The notes under the pieces are model-generated. The model worked only from the letters and a program-made list of their open reading frames with translations, searched no databases and was not told where the DNA came from. Both the position numbers and the translations under genes were made by a program. 64,000 bases of DNA, from the NCBI RefSeq assembly GCF_004010195.1, contig NC_057718.1:53751615-53815614 (forward strand), read 5' to 3'. Within the stretch, counting starts at the first letter, position 1. Every line of letters begins with the position of its first letter. This DNA is from Chiloscyllium plagiosum. Its lineage: Eukaryota. Below, piece by piece: positions 12,948 through 25,992 of the stretch.

Positions 12948-13273
12948 ATGCATTCACGGGGTGAGGGAATCGCTGGCTAGGCCAGCATTTATTGCCTATC
13001 CCAAAGGGCAGTTAAGTGTCAACCATGTTGCTGTGGGTCCAGAATCACGTAGTCCAGACTACGTAAGGATGACTCTTTGCTTCATTGACCATTAGTGAAC
13101 AAATTTTTCTTTTTTCCTGACAATCAACAATGGATTCATGGTCATCATTAGACTCTTAACCCAGATTTTCTTTTCTTGAAATCAAATTCCACCATCTGCC
13201 ATGGTAGGATTCAACCCCTCGAACATTACCTGGGTCTAACGGTCCAGCAATAATGCCACTAGGCCATCGCCTC
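12948..13273 (-). mobile_element. tRNA-derived SINE, second family
   Basis: Near-complete copy. Its tail (gctggctaggccagcatttattgcc) is shared with the 3' end of the LINE at 10395. Confidence 0.75.
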
Positions 13274-13361
13274 ACTTTAACAACACATATTAACATGGAA
13301 GGGACATCTTCACTGCTGTAAATTATTGATTTTAAATAAATGGAGTCAAATTCTGATCTAG

Positions 13362-13481
13362 GAGAAAGTGAGGACTACAGATACTGGAAATCAGAGCCAT
13401 TCCTGATGAATGGCTTCTGCCCGAAACATCGATTCTCCTGTTTCTCGGATGCTGCCTGACCTGCTGTGCTGTGCCTGACTT
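13362..13481 (+). mobile_element. PLE family-A mini-element (inverted end plus hammerhead-bearing repeat)
   Basis: ctgatgaatggcttctgcccgaaacatc at 13403-13430. TSD aaattctga(t/c)ctag at 13348-13361 and 13482-13495. Confidence 0.8.
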
Positions 13482-15685
13482 AAATTCTGACCTAGTCTAA
13501 GTTCTTTAAGACTTAGGCCAAAATTTAATAAGTCCTTTGAGAAACAAATATTGAGACAGGTGGGGTTCATTAAATCAGACATGCCAACAGGATGGAAGTC
13601 CAGCATCTTCAAATCAAAGCTCCATTTCCCTGGTAATAGCTGAAATTGAGGGGAGACATTACACATGGGCATGATGGGAGGATGACTAAAGCAACTTACA
13701 AGTCAATTGACAGAAGTGTTATGACCTGTTTAAAATTTAATAATTTTTAAGAGAACAGAATGACTGCTTTCCAATACCTTCCCGACAAAAGGAAGAGGTG
13801 AGTGAGCCTAGCGCTGGGTTTCTTAAGTAACAACAGAAGAAGTCAACTTGGCACCCTGGCCAGGAAGGTTGGAGCAATGAGGGCATTATGGAATAAAGCC
13901 ATGGGGGCAATTGTGGTAAGAATCTGCCAACACTGCAATTGGGGGGTGGGGGGCGGGGGGAGAGATGCAAGAGACAACTCAGGGCTATACCACTTGAGGG
14001 CATGGGTAGTTATTTGCAACACACTGTGAAAGACCACCTGCCTTGGTTTCATTCTTAGGATTACATAGAGTCTACAGCACAGAAAAATATTGTTTTACTG
14101 TTGTCCCCTAGTCTCTCCAGCTGGCTGCTCTTCAACCCAACCCTGACTTACAAGAGAGAATAGAGAAAGAGTTAGAAGCTTTCCATTGCATCATACCAAC
14201 TGTCCTTGTGTTGATGCACCCCTTGTGCCCTGCACTCACCCATCCTCTTTGCTTGGTCAGGTGGGCTGGTCTCTTTTTTCTGCCTCCCAGAAGAACCTTC
14301 CATCTTACCAATGAAATCCTTCAAGGATGCATGGCTGAACTATGGGTTAGTCTAGCGCCTTCCTTCCATCAATATGGCTGTGGGTTTCCTTTAAATACTC
14401 AGCTTTCCCAGTAAGCTGGCAGTCACCATTAAATGCAGGGTTGGAAACTCTTTAAATATGGAGCCAGCACTCACCATACAGCATCTGTTATTTAGTACTG
14501 GGTCTCTGCACTCACATTGCAGGAATCTGCACTTCCTCAGTCTCAGTTGTCTAGTGGCTGCAAGATTGCATGTGGCTATCAAACCCTGCCCAAACACAAG
14601 TTGTTGCCACTCCCAGCCCCATGTCAGAAGCTGTTGCCGAGACATAAAATGTAGCTCTCACATTCTGATTAATTAGATTAACTTGACTTAGATGTCTACT
14701 GGAGCTGTCAGTTCACAGATTTTTAATCTAAGTATATTATTTTGTAAGAATTACATTTTTACTAATATTCCAGTCATATTAGCATATTTTTACACACATC
14801 AAGCCAGTGCATTTTTCATCAACACCAGTAATACAAAATGATTTTCTAGTGAGAAACTATTATTTTCAAATATCCCACACAAAATCTTTTTGCACTTAAT
14901 AGAATTTAAGCACAGTTAGAATTTACAAGTAGTAATCTTCCAAAATGATGAGGTGGACATCCATACAGCTTATAACATTATACTTAGTTATTGTTGTGCA
15001 GGTTATGGATGAAAATGTTACTTTAAATTATTATAATACTGAATACTCTAAAACTTGTTCCAACCTTGGGTAAATATTTATAGCCAATAAACTAGAAACA
15101 TCACTTTAATTGAATATCAGATGCAGATCCTATCATATTAGACAACGCTGTATATTTTAATACTTGAAACCACTTAAATTATAGAGCTTTAAATCATTGT
15201 TGTCAGATTAAGGGCTGTATGTTAAATGCTTTTTTTATGAGATCTGACATAAAATATTTCAATCTTATTGATACATTGTGATAATACCACAAAACAATAT
15301 GAGTTTTTTTTAAACATCTCTTAATCTCAAAGATATGCAATAAAATGATTGCATGGTGTCACAGCCGGGCCGTGAATAATATTAAGACTACAGTGAAAAA
15401 CAATAACTAAAGCAGACTTCCTTGTACTGCAGCGTATATTTGTGAGAGAAATCCATTAAATTGGAAAAGGTGCAAGAAAGAGGGCAACAGTTCTGAAGAT
15501 CTTAAATTGAAATAGATAATTACCTGGGAAGAGATAAGCAAATGGTGCCAAGCACAAAAGCAATGGAAATAAAAGGTCAAACTGGTTGAACTCCTGACCA
15601 ACATATTTCGTAAATGGGGAAACAGTAGCTTAATGATAATCCATGGGAGTTATATCCCAGGGGACCCAACCCTATATTCTTGAGC

Positions 15686-15965
15686 TATCGATTCAAATGC
15701 CACCATGGCAGTTGGTGGAACCTAAATTGAATAATAAAGTTGGTCGAGTAATGGTGACAATTATAACTGTTATTTGATTCACTAATATTCTTTAGGAATG
15801 GAAATCTGCCAACCCTACCCAGTCTGGGCTGCATGTTACTCCAAATGCACAACAATGTGGTTGACACGTTCCTGCCTTTAAAATGGCAGAGCAAGTGAAT
15901 TAGTTCCATACAATTAGGGATAGTCAACAAATGTTGGCCTTGCCTGTGGTATCTGCCTCTTGTGA
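15686..15965 (+). mobile_element. tRNA-derived SINE, second family
   Basis: gattcaaatgccaccatggcag B-box region; core ttcactaatattctttaggaatggaaatctgcc. Confidence 0.7.
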
Positions 15966-16962
15966 AATAAGTTTTTAAAATGCTTGTCTTGCTTGAGGTA
16001 TGTTCTTATGTGTGCTATTTTTATGCAAACATCGTCATGAATAGATTAATGCCAAATTAATAATTGTAAAACTTATAAACCACGAAGGAATTTCTCAGAT
16101 ACCAGAAGCAGAACAGATTGAGACTGCCATCTGTCAGTCTGCCCTGATCTTGACTATGTCTCCCAGGCCAGCTGTATAGAACTATGCATTCTCCCACTAT
16201 TTTATGTCTATGTTGAGTATTCACCCAAAAACATTAAATCTTTCTCAGCAAACCTTACCGTTACATTGTGTGGGGAAGGCTGAGGTAGACTGTTATTGAC
16301 AAAGAAATGTAGAAAGTTACAAACAGAAAGTATTCTGCTAAAGTTTCTGACTTCCTAATGGCAATCTATTACTAGAAGATGGAGTGTTTTGGGGTTCAAC
16401 AAACTTCATGCAGATATATTTGAAGTTAGTGGTTCAGGGGTTGGAAGAGGTTGGACATTTAGCAGGTGATCCACTGATGGTACAACTGGTTATAGAGCCT
16501 GGGGACCAAGGTAGGGAGATTGGGGCATGAGCGCAAGAAGTACTCTGCTACATTTCTAGCAAAACAATTATGGAAACCTAAAAAAACATGAGATCACATG
16601 GTAAATTATGGTCAATTAGCCACACACATGTACTGCTATTGTACATGATCAAACCTACTGAGCATACAGTAAATTGTAAAACAAAATAGTAATATACATT
16701 TCAAATCAAATAATCATTGCATTGTTCTATTAAAAACATACAAATCTATAAAGGGAGTAAAACATGAAATATATAATATGATAGCATCAAGGCCATTGAA
16801 TAAAAATGTAAAGTATAGTTGAAAATTCAAAAACAGGCATTCAGCTTTGCATTAGGCAAACATTGTGTTTTAACAGAAAATTTATTTTCAAAGTTAGCAT
16901 TTCACAAGAAGATCTGGGTTTGTAAAAGGCAAGAAATAAATAAAGGTACAGGTGAATCCTGT

Positions 16963-16998
16963 GGTTAGGGTTAGGGTTAGGATTAGAGTTGGGGTTAA
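16963..16998 (+). repeat. Short degenerate (TTAGGG)n tract
   Basis: ggttagggttagggttaggattagagttggggttaa. Confidence 0.7.
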
Positions 16999-18027
16999 GT
17001 TTATGTCAGAGATTGGGAAAAAGTATCATGAGAAATAAGGAAATGTCAGGACATTAAATTATTGTTTTGATCCTGCCTTCGACAGTAAAAGAAACAGAAG
17101 AGACATCAGAAGTTATTGACTATGCCTCCATAGGATGTTTTACCGGATGCTTATATTATCTCCAACAGAATAAGAAACTGGGTATAGATATTATGGTATT
17201 GAAGAATACAATCGACATTTCCCTTAAGCACTTCGTATCTGGTCCAATACTCAGCTATTAGATTAAAACAGAGGTGCATGTTCCAATAGAGTCTCATGCT
17301 TCAATTAATGCAGAGTTAGATGAAGTACTCTGCATGACTTCAGCTTTGGGTGATGTGCTTTGTAATAGTGATGGCATCACGAGCATGTTTGTTAAAGGGC
17401 TACTGGCTTACTGACACAACAAAAAAGATTGAGAACATGAGATAGAGAATCTTAAAAATGCGAAATTTGATAGGGTCTGAAGTGGGGCACTGAAACCATA
17501 ATGAGAGATTAACCCCGACCTGTTGTTTCTAATGCAAGCAGGGTGCCAACCTCAAGTTGCCTCCTAATGTACAATTTCAGTGTGAAGCCAGTATGAGCCA
17601 TGCTTTGAGTGATCACACAATGCTACAGAAGGCCCAAAACCATGAGTGGCGAGTAATAGCCAAATATAGTGTGCATTTTCTTAAAGGGGCATTGCATAAT
17701 GCTGGAAATTATTCTATAGTTGACTGACTTCAGAAAGACACAAGAATGATGTAATATTGGAAAGAGTGGCTTCCAAGAATCTCTAACGCAACACAGGAAG
17801 GTCTACTCAAGAAATATCAAGGGATGGGCTGCATTCACAGGAAGCCAGGAGGCACTACACACACATTTTGTAAAGGCAGTGGGTTCAGGTTGAGGTGATG
17901 GAAAATGCTAGGAGTCAAGCCCCAAGGACCAGGGACCTAGTCTGTAAAAGATTTACATGGCCTCATACAAATGGCCAAAGTCAATGAAAGCATCTTTAAC
18001 TAATACATTCCACAACTGTATTGACAA

Positions 18028-18165
18028 TCCAAAATGGAACAAAGAACTGTGGATGCTGGGAAATTCTGAAGAAGGGTCACTGGACACAAAACATTGACTC
18101 TGCTTTCTCTCCACGGTACAGATGCTGCCAGACCTGCTGAGTTTCTCTGGAAATTTCGGTTTATG
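18028..18165 (+). mobile_element. PLE-type mini-element with degenerate hammerhead motif
   Basis: Inverted end piece, then ctgaagaagggtcactggacacaaaacattgactctg...gatgctgccagacctgctgagttt. Confidence 0.65.
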
Positions 18166-18194
18166 TACCAATCAACAGGTTTAATGTTTCATAA

Positions 18195-18725
18195 CTCCAT
18201 CATTCTTCAACCAGCAGTGACTGTCAAACATCTGTCAAAGAGTTGATCACACAAGATACAGCAAAAAATACTGCGACAACATCCTGACAAGAATGCCAAT
18301 GACTTGTGCTTCAGAACTAACATGTCTCTAGGCAAGCCATTTCAATACGGCTACAACCCTGGCATTTACCCAACTGTATGGAAAATTGCCAAAGTATGTC
18401 TTGTCCACAGCAAGTTGGACAAATCTAATTCAAACAATTATTGCCCAACAGTCTAGTCTCAATTATCAGCAAAATGATTGAAAGTGTTGGTGACAGTGTA
18501 ACTGAGAGATACTTGCCAATAATCTGCTCAGCGATGCTCAATTGGTGTTCTGTTGGTCCCATTCTGATCTATATTTCATTATTGTCCTGTTTCAGAAAAT
18601 GGACAAAAGAGCTGATGTCACGAGGTGAGGTGAAAGTAACTGACCTTGTCCTCAAGGTAGTATTCAAACAATCTGCCAACAAGGAACATTGGGACAATCT
18701 TTTCTCCCACTGGATTCATACCTAG
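18195..18725 (+). mobile_element. Old LINE fragment, same family as 10395
   Basis: GIYPTVWKIAKVCLVHSKLDKSN encoded at 18361-18430. Confidence 0.75.
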
Positions 18726-19729
18726 TATGAGAGAACATAGAGTAATAGATTAGTTAAAGACTGGAGGCAATTCAGCCAGTCAAGTCTATGCTGATTCTCT
18801 GCAAAAGCAATTTAACCAATCTCAGTCTAGTATACTTTGCTTGCAATAATGCAAATTGTTTTCCTTGTCTAATTTCCTTTTAAAGGTAATAATCAAATCT
18901 TGCTCCATCATGTTTTCAGATCATGCTCTTGTGACCACAATAGATGTGTCTACAGAGGGATCTATGAACTGGAAATTCTCCAGCTTATTTAGTCCCTGTT
19001 CATTTTTTGTTGATAATTTAAACTTAAAAATAACTAGCAACAGTGACAGTTTTGAAAAAGGTCAAAAATTAATTTGTTACATTCCTGTTGATGCAAGTTA
19101 CTGAGTACAACTTTAAGATGGCTATTCGATAAACTACAGATTCAAAAATTCAATGTAAATATGGATAAAAATGCTTGTAAAAGTCAGATCAGCCCTTTTT
19201 GTTGCAGGTCTGTTATTTGCTTGTGCACTCTCTTATCGAAACTGAAAATTTGAAATCAGAATTCAGCAGAATGGTGGTATCTGTAATTGAATAGTGTTGT
19301 TTGTATAGGTGTGTTCAGTTGGTACAGCAAACTTTAATAAAATGTCTTGTTCCTCACAGTAGAATTGTAAAATTTGTGGATTGCCTGGACTCTTGCAGCA
19401 GAACTGTGAATAATGTCTGAAAGTGATTCCCTTTTGATGTGAGAACTCTATCTCAGGTGTTGAAGCAAAGCCCTTCCTGGAAAGCTCAATTTAAAATGGT
19501 GAGTCACAGTGTCTTGTAAAGATCACCTTTAGGATGACTTAACAGCGATGTTAACAGTTAATGAATCATTGCTCCATGAATCACCCTGGTCTAGCACAGT
19601 GCTGTAGATCAAGAAAACCAGTGGTCTTAGCCCTACTCCAAGGAACCACACTATATACTGCTCCAGTTCAAAATACAACTGTTCTGTATTACTTTTTGCT
19701 TCCTGCAATTCAGCCAACCTCATACTCAT

Positions 19730-20400
19730 GCTCTCAATTTTCCTTTTATTCCACAGCTTTCACTTTGTCAGCAAGTCCACTATGAGATAAATTACCAAGT
19801 ATCTTTTTGAAGTCTATTTACATTTTATCAGTTGTATAACTCTCAACAATCCTCACTATTACTTCATCTAAAACTCAAATTAGTTAATCCCAATTTGTCT
19901 TTGACAAATCCGTGCTTTCTTTCCTGAATTAATCCACAATAGTTTCATCCCAGATTATTGTTTCTAAATATTTTTCTTATCACTGTGATAAAACTGATAG
20001 CTTGTAGTTTTGTCCTTAATTTTGTGCACTTTGTTTCAAAATTCTTTGGTGATTGGAAACTGTCCCTGTATCTAAGGCTACTATGAGCAGAATTTCCAGC
20101 TTTATTTCCCTTAGAATCCTCAGATGAATCTCATCTGGTCCTGTTGACTTATCAACTTTACGTACAGCCAGTTTTTCTAATATGTCCTATATACCCATTC
20201 AGGCTGTCAACCATTTTGTAGTTCATGATGATGTTGGTCCTATTTCCTTACATGGTGAAGACGGATAAAAAAAAATGTGCTTTTAACCATGAAGTGGCCC
20301 ATACGGGATCCTTTGCTGTTCACTAATCAGCTTCCTTCCTCTTCCTGTCCTTTTTTCTGTTTTTATGCCTTCAGAAGACTTTTGGATTTTCTTATGCTAA
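19730..20400 (-). mobile_element. Degenerate CR1 LINE fragment
   Basis: Reverse-complement similarity to CR1 ORF2 (aagtcaacaggaccagatgagattcatctgagg, a KSPGPDGIHPR-like segment). Confidence 0.6.
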
Positions 20401-20404
20401 TGTA

Positions 20405-20652
20405 ATAACTCAGGAATCCTGACTGGAAAAGAATACCTTTTACTGTTGAACACTAAAATAGATTCACTATCATGGCATACATAGGCTAGCTCCAGCAAAG
20501 CACAGACAGTTCTGCAGGGCTATTCCTAGGTCTGCTTTATTTTATATTTTCTAATCAACCTGTTCAGAGATGTTAAAACATATCTCTGGAACAGGTGGGA
20601 CTTGAACCTACACTACTATAGTCCAGAGGTAGGGACATTACCACTGTACTAC
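20405..20652 (-). mobile_element. tRNA-headed SINE, third family
   Basis: Reverse-complement head gtgggacttgaacc...ggtagggacattaccactg. Related heads at ~44610-44706, 58263-58365 and 59655-59720. Confidence 0.6.
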
Positions 20653-21579
20653 AAAGAATCCAGGTCATTTGTTGTATCCAGAAACCCTCTGACACACAAT
20701 TGAGCTTTCCCACCACTGAATCACTGTGACTTTTTGTATTAACCATGAACTGCCACCAATAAATCACTTGTTTTGCCAATTAGAAATCTACATGCAAACC
20801 CCAAAATGGGTAATGCAAACTGTTAAAACTGAGAGATGGGTAGGGAGAGTGGGAAGGGGTCTGGGTCTGGTATACTTTTATTTTACTCTTTTATACCCAG
20901 AAACTGAGTCTGCTTTACAAATGACACAGGCGATCAGTTCCAGTTGGGCAGACCATTGCCTGTTACCAAGGGAACTCATGCTCAGTGAGCTCCATACAAG
21001 AAAGTTAATTAGTGATTCCCTGTGGGCTTTAAAGGGGTTATCACAGCAGGACAGCAGCCTCTTCTCATACTCACTTCATGTCTGTCTCTTTTTCTTTCTC
21101 ACTCCCTTCTAACATTTTCATATTCAGCCTGGTTCTCCACTTGCATTACCAAATTAACATCCTTCATGTGCCTCCCTTTGCTGCTTCATCCTGTTCTTCA
21201 TCTCATTCATCATCCAGCAAGGCCTTGCTTAAGTTAGCCTTCCTTTCCTCCTCATGGGAAATTACCTGAATGATATTCGTTTCCATAGGAACTATGAAAT
21301 CATGACCAAGTCCATCATTACTTACACACCACTGTCTCTGGACCTAGATAAGTTGAAAGAACTCTAGAATACTGACATCTTGATCTGCAATTCACATACT
21401 CCCCAAACACCTATGGCACGTCTGCTAAAGTTGTCATCAATTTAGTATCAAGCCTGACACATACCAGACTGAAAATCCATGCCAAGGATACCATTTTAGA
21501 CCACAGGAGTCATTTTTAGTCAGCAAGAAATAGGTGCTGAATTTTGTGTTGAAACTAATGTTTATAAAAGGAAAATATA

Positions 21580-22745
21580 AGACAGACGAATTGAAAATGG
21601 CCAACAAATCCCCTCAACCTGATGACCTCCCTTCTAGGGTATTAAGACAGGTAGATACAGATAAAATAGTTTTTGATCTTTAAGATTTACGTAGGTTCTA
21701 GACTCTTCCCTCTGAATCGGAAAATAGAAATTATAACCTCACTCCTTAAGGTTGGAGGGTGAGAAAGGACAGTTGTAGTTTGACATTAAGTAAAAACATT
21801 AAAATTTATTAAACAGGGTATCATAACATGGCACTTGAAAATAACAATATTATTAGGAAACTTTATTAGACCTTTTTGAAGATTCGAAAGGTAGTTAGGA
21901 GGTGCCAATGGCTGAAATTTGGGTATTCAAAAAGCATTGCATCACTTTCAGCCAGAAAAGCTAAGTGGATGATGTACATCTGGCTTCCTCCTGAGGTCCC
22001 CACATTATTAAAGTTTGCTTTCAGTCAATTCAATTCCGTTTCAATGTTCTGAAATCAACATTGTCACTGTCAATGGATGAACTCACTGGGTACACAAAAG
22101 GCTTGTGCTCAGAGCCTCTGATAACATTTTGGATGCACTGCTGAAGACTTGTGCTCTGAAATTAGTTGCATTTCAAGCCAAGTTGTTCCAGTACAGCTGC
22201 AACAAAATAGAAAATTGCTCAGGTATGCTCTACACACAGAAAACAGCACAAAGACAATTCAATTTATTTAAATTGCACTCCATTCGTCAGGAAAGTAATG
22301 GAAAGAGTTGTCAACAGTGCTATATAGTGTTACTTACTGATCAACAAGCACACACCGGTGCTCAATTTGGGATGTACTAGGGCCAACTGGTACAGCTTGG
22401 TCCAAATATGTATTAGGTTATTCAAGAAAGAGTGTAAGATCGTTCCACATAACTACAGGCCGATCAGTTTAATTTTAGCATTGGGTATACTTTTTGAAAC
22501 AACAGTAAGGGGAAAAATCAACAAGTACTGGATACATTTGAGTTAAAGAAAGGGAACCAAAATAGATTTGTAAAACGCAAATTATGCTTGACTGAAGACT
22601 TAATTTTCTGATGAAGTTTCAGAAAAGATTAATGAAGAGAATGTATTCAATTTTCTTTAGGTGGAGTTAAGGAAACTGTTGACAAGTATCGTATAAAAAA
22701 ATTGGTTGACAAAATGGAAGCTCATGGAATAAGTGTCTCAGTGTT
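21580..22745 (+). mobile_element. Mosaic of degenerate CR1 and other LINE fragments
   Basis: NYRPISLI (ORF 22358), LKTCALKLVAFQAKLFQYS (ORF 22105), KMEAHGI (ORF 22702). Confidence 0.65.
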
Positions 22746-23119
22746 AAGAAAAGACTTTTTTTCCAACCGGAATTTATGGGAGAGCCCTCTACTTGTTTGC
22801 CGAGTGTCGATCTGGAGAGGGATTATAGTTAATAAACATGAAATGAGAAGCATTTTATGCGCAGAGCTTGTGGGAGAGGCCACATGATTGTTCAATGGTT
22901 CCAGAGAGAGATTTCTTCTTTACTTGTCTGGAGATTTGAAAGCTGATTGATAAGGGACTTAAGGAGGAGGCTTTATTTTGGTTAATGACAATTTCAGCTA
23001 AGATTTTAAATGCTTAAATTTTTTAATCTTTAGCACGCTTAAGACTAAAATCTGGGAGTAAGAATGGGTATTTTTTTCATATATAAGATACTTTTAAGAG
23101 CTTATTTTTCAGCTTAAAG

Positions 23120-24910
23120 TCACTGAGGGCATTCAAGAGACATAGCGTGTGAAAGTAGATTTAGAGAGATGGTTACACAGCAGGGCCAGTCAGATAGATG
23201 AGTAACTGTCTGGAAAGGTAAGAAGGTAATGCTGAAGTTTCCTGTGACTATTCCTCTCTCAAACAGCTATCCCGTTTCGGGTACTGTTGAAGGGGATAGT
23301 TTCTCAGAGGAAAGTAGAAGTGTCAGTCAGATCCTGGGCACTACGAATGAATCTTATGTTCACTGGGTTTTGTCAAGATTTAAAAGGATAATTGTTATAG
23401 GGGACCCTCCTGTAAGGGGCATAGACAGGAGATTGTCTAACCTTGAATGTGAATCTAGGATAAAATATTGCCTTTCTAGTGATAGGCTTAAACACAGCTC
23501 AAAGGAGTTGAAACGTATTGTTAAAGGGGTGAGTGAGAAGCCAAAAGTTGTTACACATATTGGTAAGGACCACTTGTTTAGGGAAAGAGTTAAGGCTTTG
23601 CAGAGTGAATACAGGACGTTAGACAGAGGGTTGTAAAGCAGATCCTGAAAAGGTAGTAATCTCTGGTTTACCCCTGGTGTCATGTTCTAGCGAGTAATAA
23701 GATAGGGCAGATAAATCAATAGCTGAAGAGATGGTGTAATGTGCAAGTATTCAGATATTTGGATCATTGGAATCTCTTTTTGGGCAAAAAAGATCTATTC
23801 AAAGGGATTGGTTTCACCTGAACTGAAAAGGGACCAATATCCTGGTGGGGGGATCTGCTAGTTCTATTTTGGGAGTCTTTAAACTTGTAGAGAGTGGGGT
23901 GGGGAATTCCTAAGTAGCAGTAAATATAGAAAGACAGACAAGGATGATTCTGAATCAGAAAAAAAGCAAAGTAATTAGAAAAGGCAGATAAGAGCAAATC
24001 AGAGAAAGAAGTAACTGAAGAATTAATTTCAAAGTAAGGGGTCCTACCTGTAAGGTTGATGAACTCAGAGCATATATGGGAACATGGCACTGAGACATCA
24101 CTGCGATTACAGAAACGTGGTTGAGGTAAGGACGGGACTGGCAGCTCAATGTTCCAGGTTTTAGATGCCACAGGAAGGATAGAAAGGGAAGCAAAAGAGG
24201 CAGGTGAGTGGCATTTTTGATTGAGGAAGACAATACTACTGCAATTAGAGAAGTCGAGGGATCATTCAGTGAAACTATATGAGTAGAAATTATAAGTGGA
24301 TGATCATCTTGATGGGATTGTACTACAGCACCATCCCTCCCCCCATTCCAGTTGTCAGAGGGAAATTGAGGAGTAAATATGTAGAGAAAACATAGATCAT
24401 AGGATCCCTACAGTGTGGAAGCTGGTCTTTTGGCCCATCAAGTCCACACTGACCTTCCATAGAATATCTCACCCAGATTCATTCTCCAATCCTATCCCTA
24501 TAACTTTGCATCTACCATGCATATCCACCTAGCCTGCACATTCCTGGATATGATGGGTGATTTAGCATGGCCAAACCACCTGAGCTGCACATCTTTGGAC
24601 TGTGGGAGGAAACCAGAGTACCCAAAGGAAGTCCACGCAGACACAGGGAGAATGTGCAAACTCCACACAGACAGTTGCTTGAGGCTGGAATTGAACTCAC
24701 ATCTGTGGCACTGTGAGGCAGCAGTGGTAGCATCTGAGTCACCGTGCTCCCCAAAAACTCAGATAGATGTAAGAATAATTGGGTTTTAATAGTAAGTTTT
24801 TAACTTTCCAAACATTGAATGGAACTGATCAAGTCTATCCCAGGATATTGTAGGAAGTTTGGGAAGAAATTGCAAGGCCCCAAACAGGAATATTTGAATC
24901 ATCTATAACC
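23120..24910 (+). mobile_element. CR1 LINE: ORF1 SGNH-esterase region and ORF2 endonuclease, degenerate
   Basis: ORF 23229: IPLSNSY...IIVIGDPPVRGIDRR...KPKVVTHIG. ITETWL endonuclease motif at ~24106. Interrupted by a SINE. Confidence 0.85.
24393..24752 (-). mobile_element. HE1-like SINE inserted in CR1
   Basis: Full-length reverse complement of the family. Confidence 0.88.
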
Positions 24911-24917
24911 ATAAGGA

Positions 24918-25877
24918 TTGGTTCTGGGCCCACTGCTTTTCATCATTTATATAAATGATTTGGATGCAAGCATAAGAGGTATAGTTAGTAAATTTGCAGA
25001 TGACACAAAAATTGGAGGTGTAGTGGACAGCGAAGAGGGTTACCTCAGATTACAACGGGATCTTGATCAATGGGCTGAGGAGTGGCAGACAGTGTTTAAT
25101 TTAGATATATGTGAGGTGTTGCATTTTGGGAAAGCAAACCTTAGCAGGACCTATACACTTACTGGTAAGGTCCTAGGGAGTGTTGCAGAACAAAGACACC
25201 TTGGAGTGCAGGTTCATGGCTCCTGAAAGTGGAGTCACAGATAGATACGATAGTGAAGGTGTTTGGCATGTTTTCCTTTATTGGTCAGAGTATTGAGTAC
25301 AGGAGTTGGGAGGTCATGTTGTGACTGTACAGGGCATTGTTTTGGCCACTGTTGCAATATTGTGTGCAATTCTGGACTCCTTCCTATCGGAAGGATATTG
25401 TGAAATGTGAAAGGGTTCAGAAAAGATTTACAAGGTTGTTGCCGGGGTTGGAGGATTTGAGCTATAGGGAGAGGCTGAACAGGCTGGGACTGTTTTCCCT
25501 GGAGCATTGGAGGCTGAGGGGTGACCTTATAGAGGTTTACAAAATTATGAGGGGCATGGATAGGATAAATAGAGAAAATCTTTTCCCTGGGGTGGGGGAG
25601 TCCAGAACTAGAGGGCATAGGTTTAGGGTGAGAGGGGAAAGATATAAAAGAGACCTAAGGGTAAACTTTTTCACACAGAAGGTGATGCATGTATGGAATG
25701 AGCTGCCAGAGGAAGTAGTGGAGGCTGGTACAATTACAACATTCAAAAGGCATCTGGATGGGTATATGAATAGGAGGGATATGAGCCAGGTTCTGGCCGA
25801 TGGGACTAGATTGGGTTGGGATATCTGGTCAGCATGGATGGGTCTGTTTCCGTGTTGTACACCTCTATGACTCTATA
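24918..25877 (+). mobile_element. Relatively young 5'-truncated CR1 LINE (RT C-terminus and 3' tail)
   Basis: LGPLLFIIYINDL...KFADDTK; LQYCVQFWTPSYRKDI...RLRGDLIEVYKIM; tail ctctatgactctat. Confidence 0.93.
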
Positions 25878-25992
25878 TGCGCCTCAAACAAATTCCTCTC
25901 AATTCCCTTTGCAGCAAGGAGAATATCCCAACTTCTCCAACTTAACTTCAGAACTAAAACGCTTCATCCTAGCGAGTTTTGGGAATATTTGT

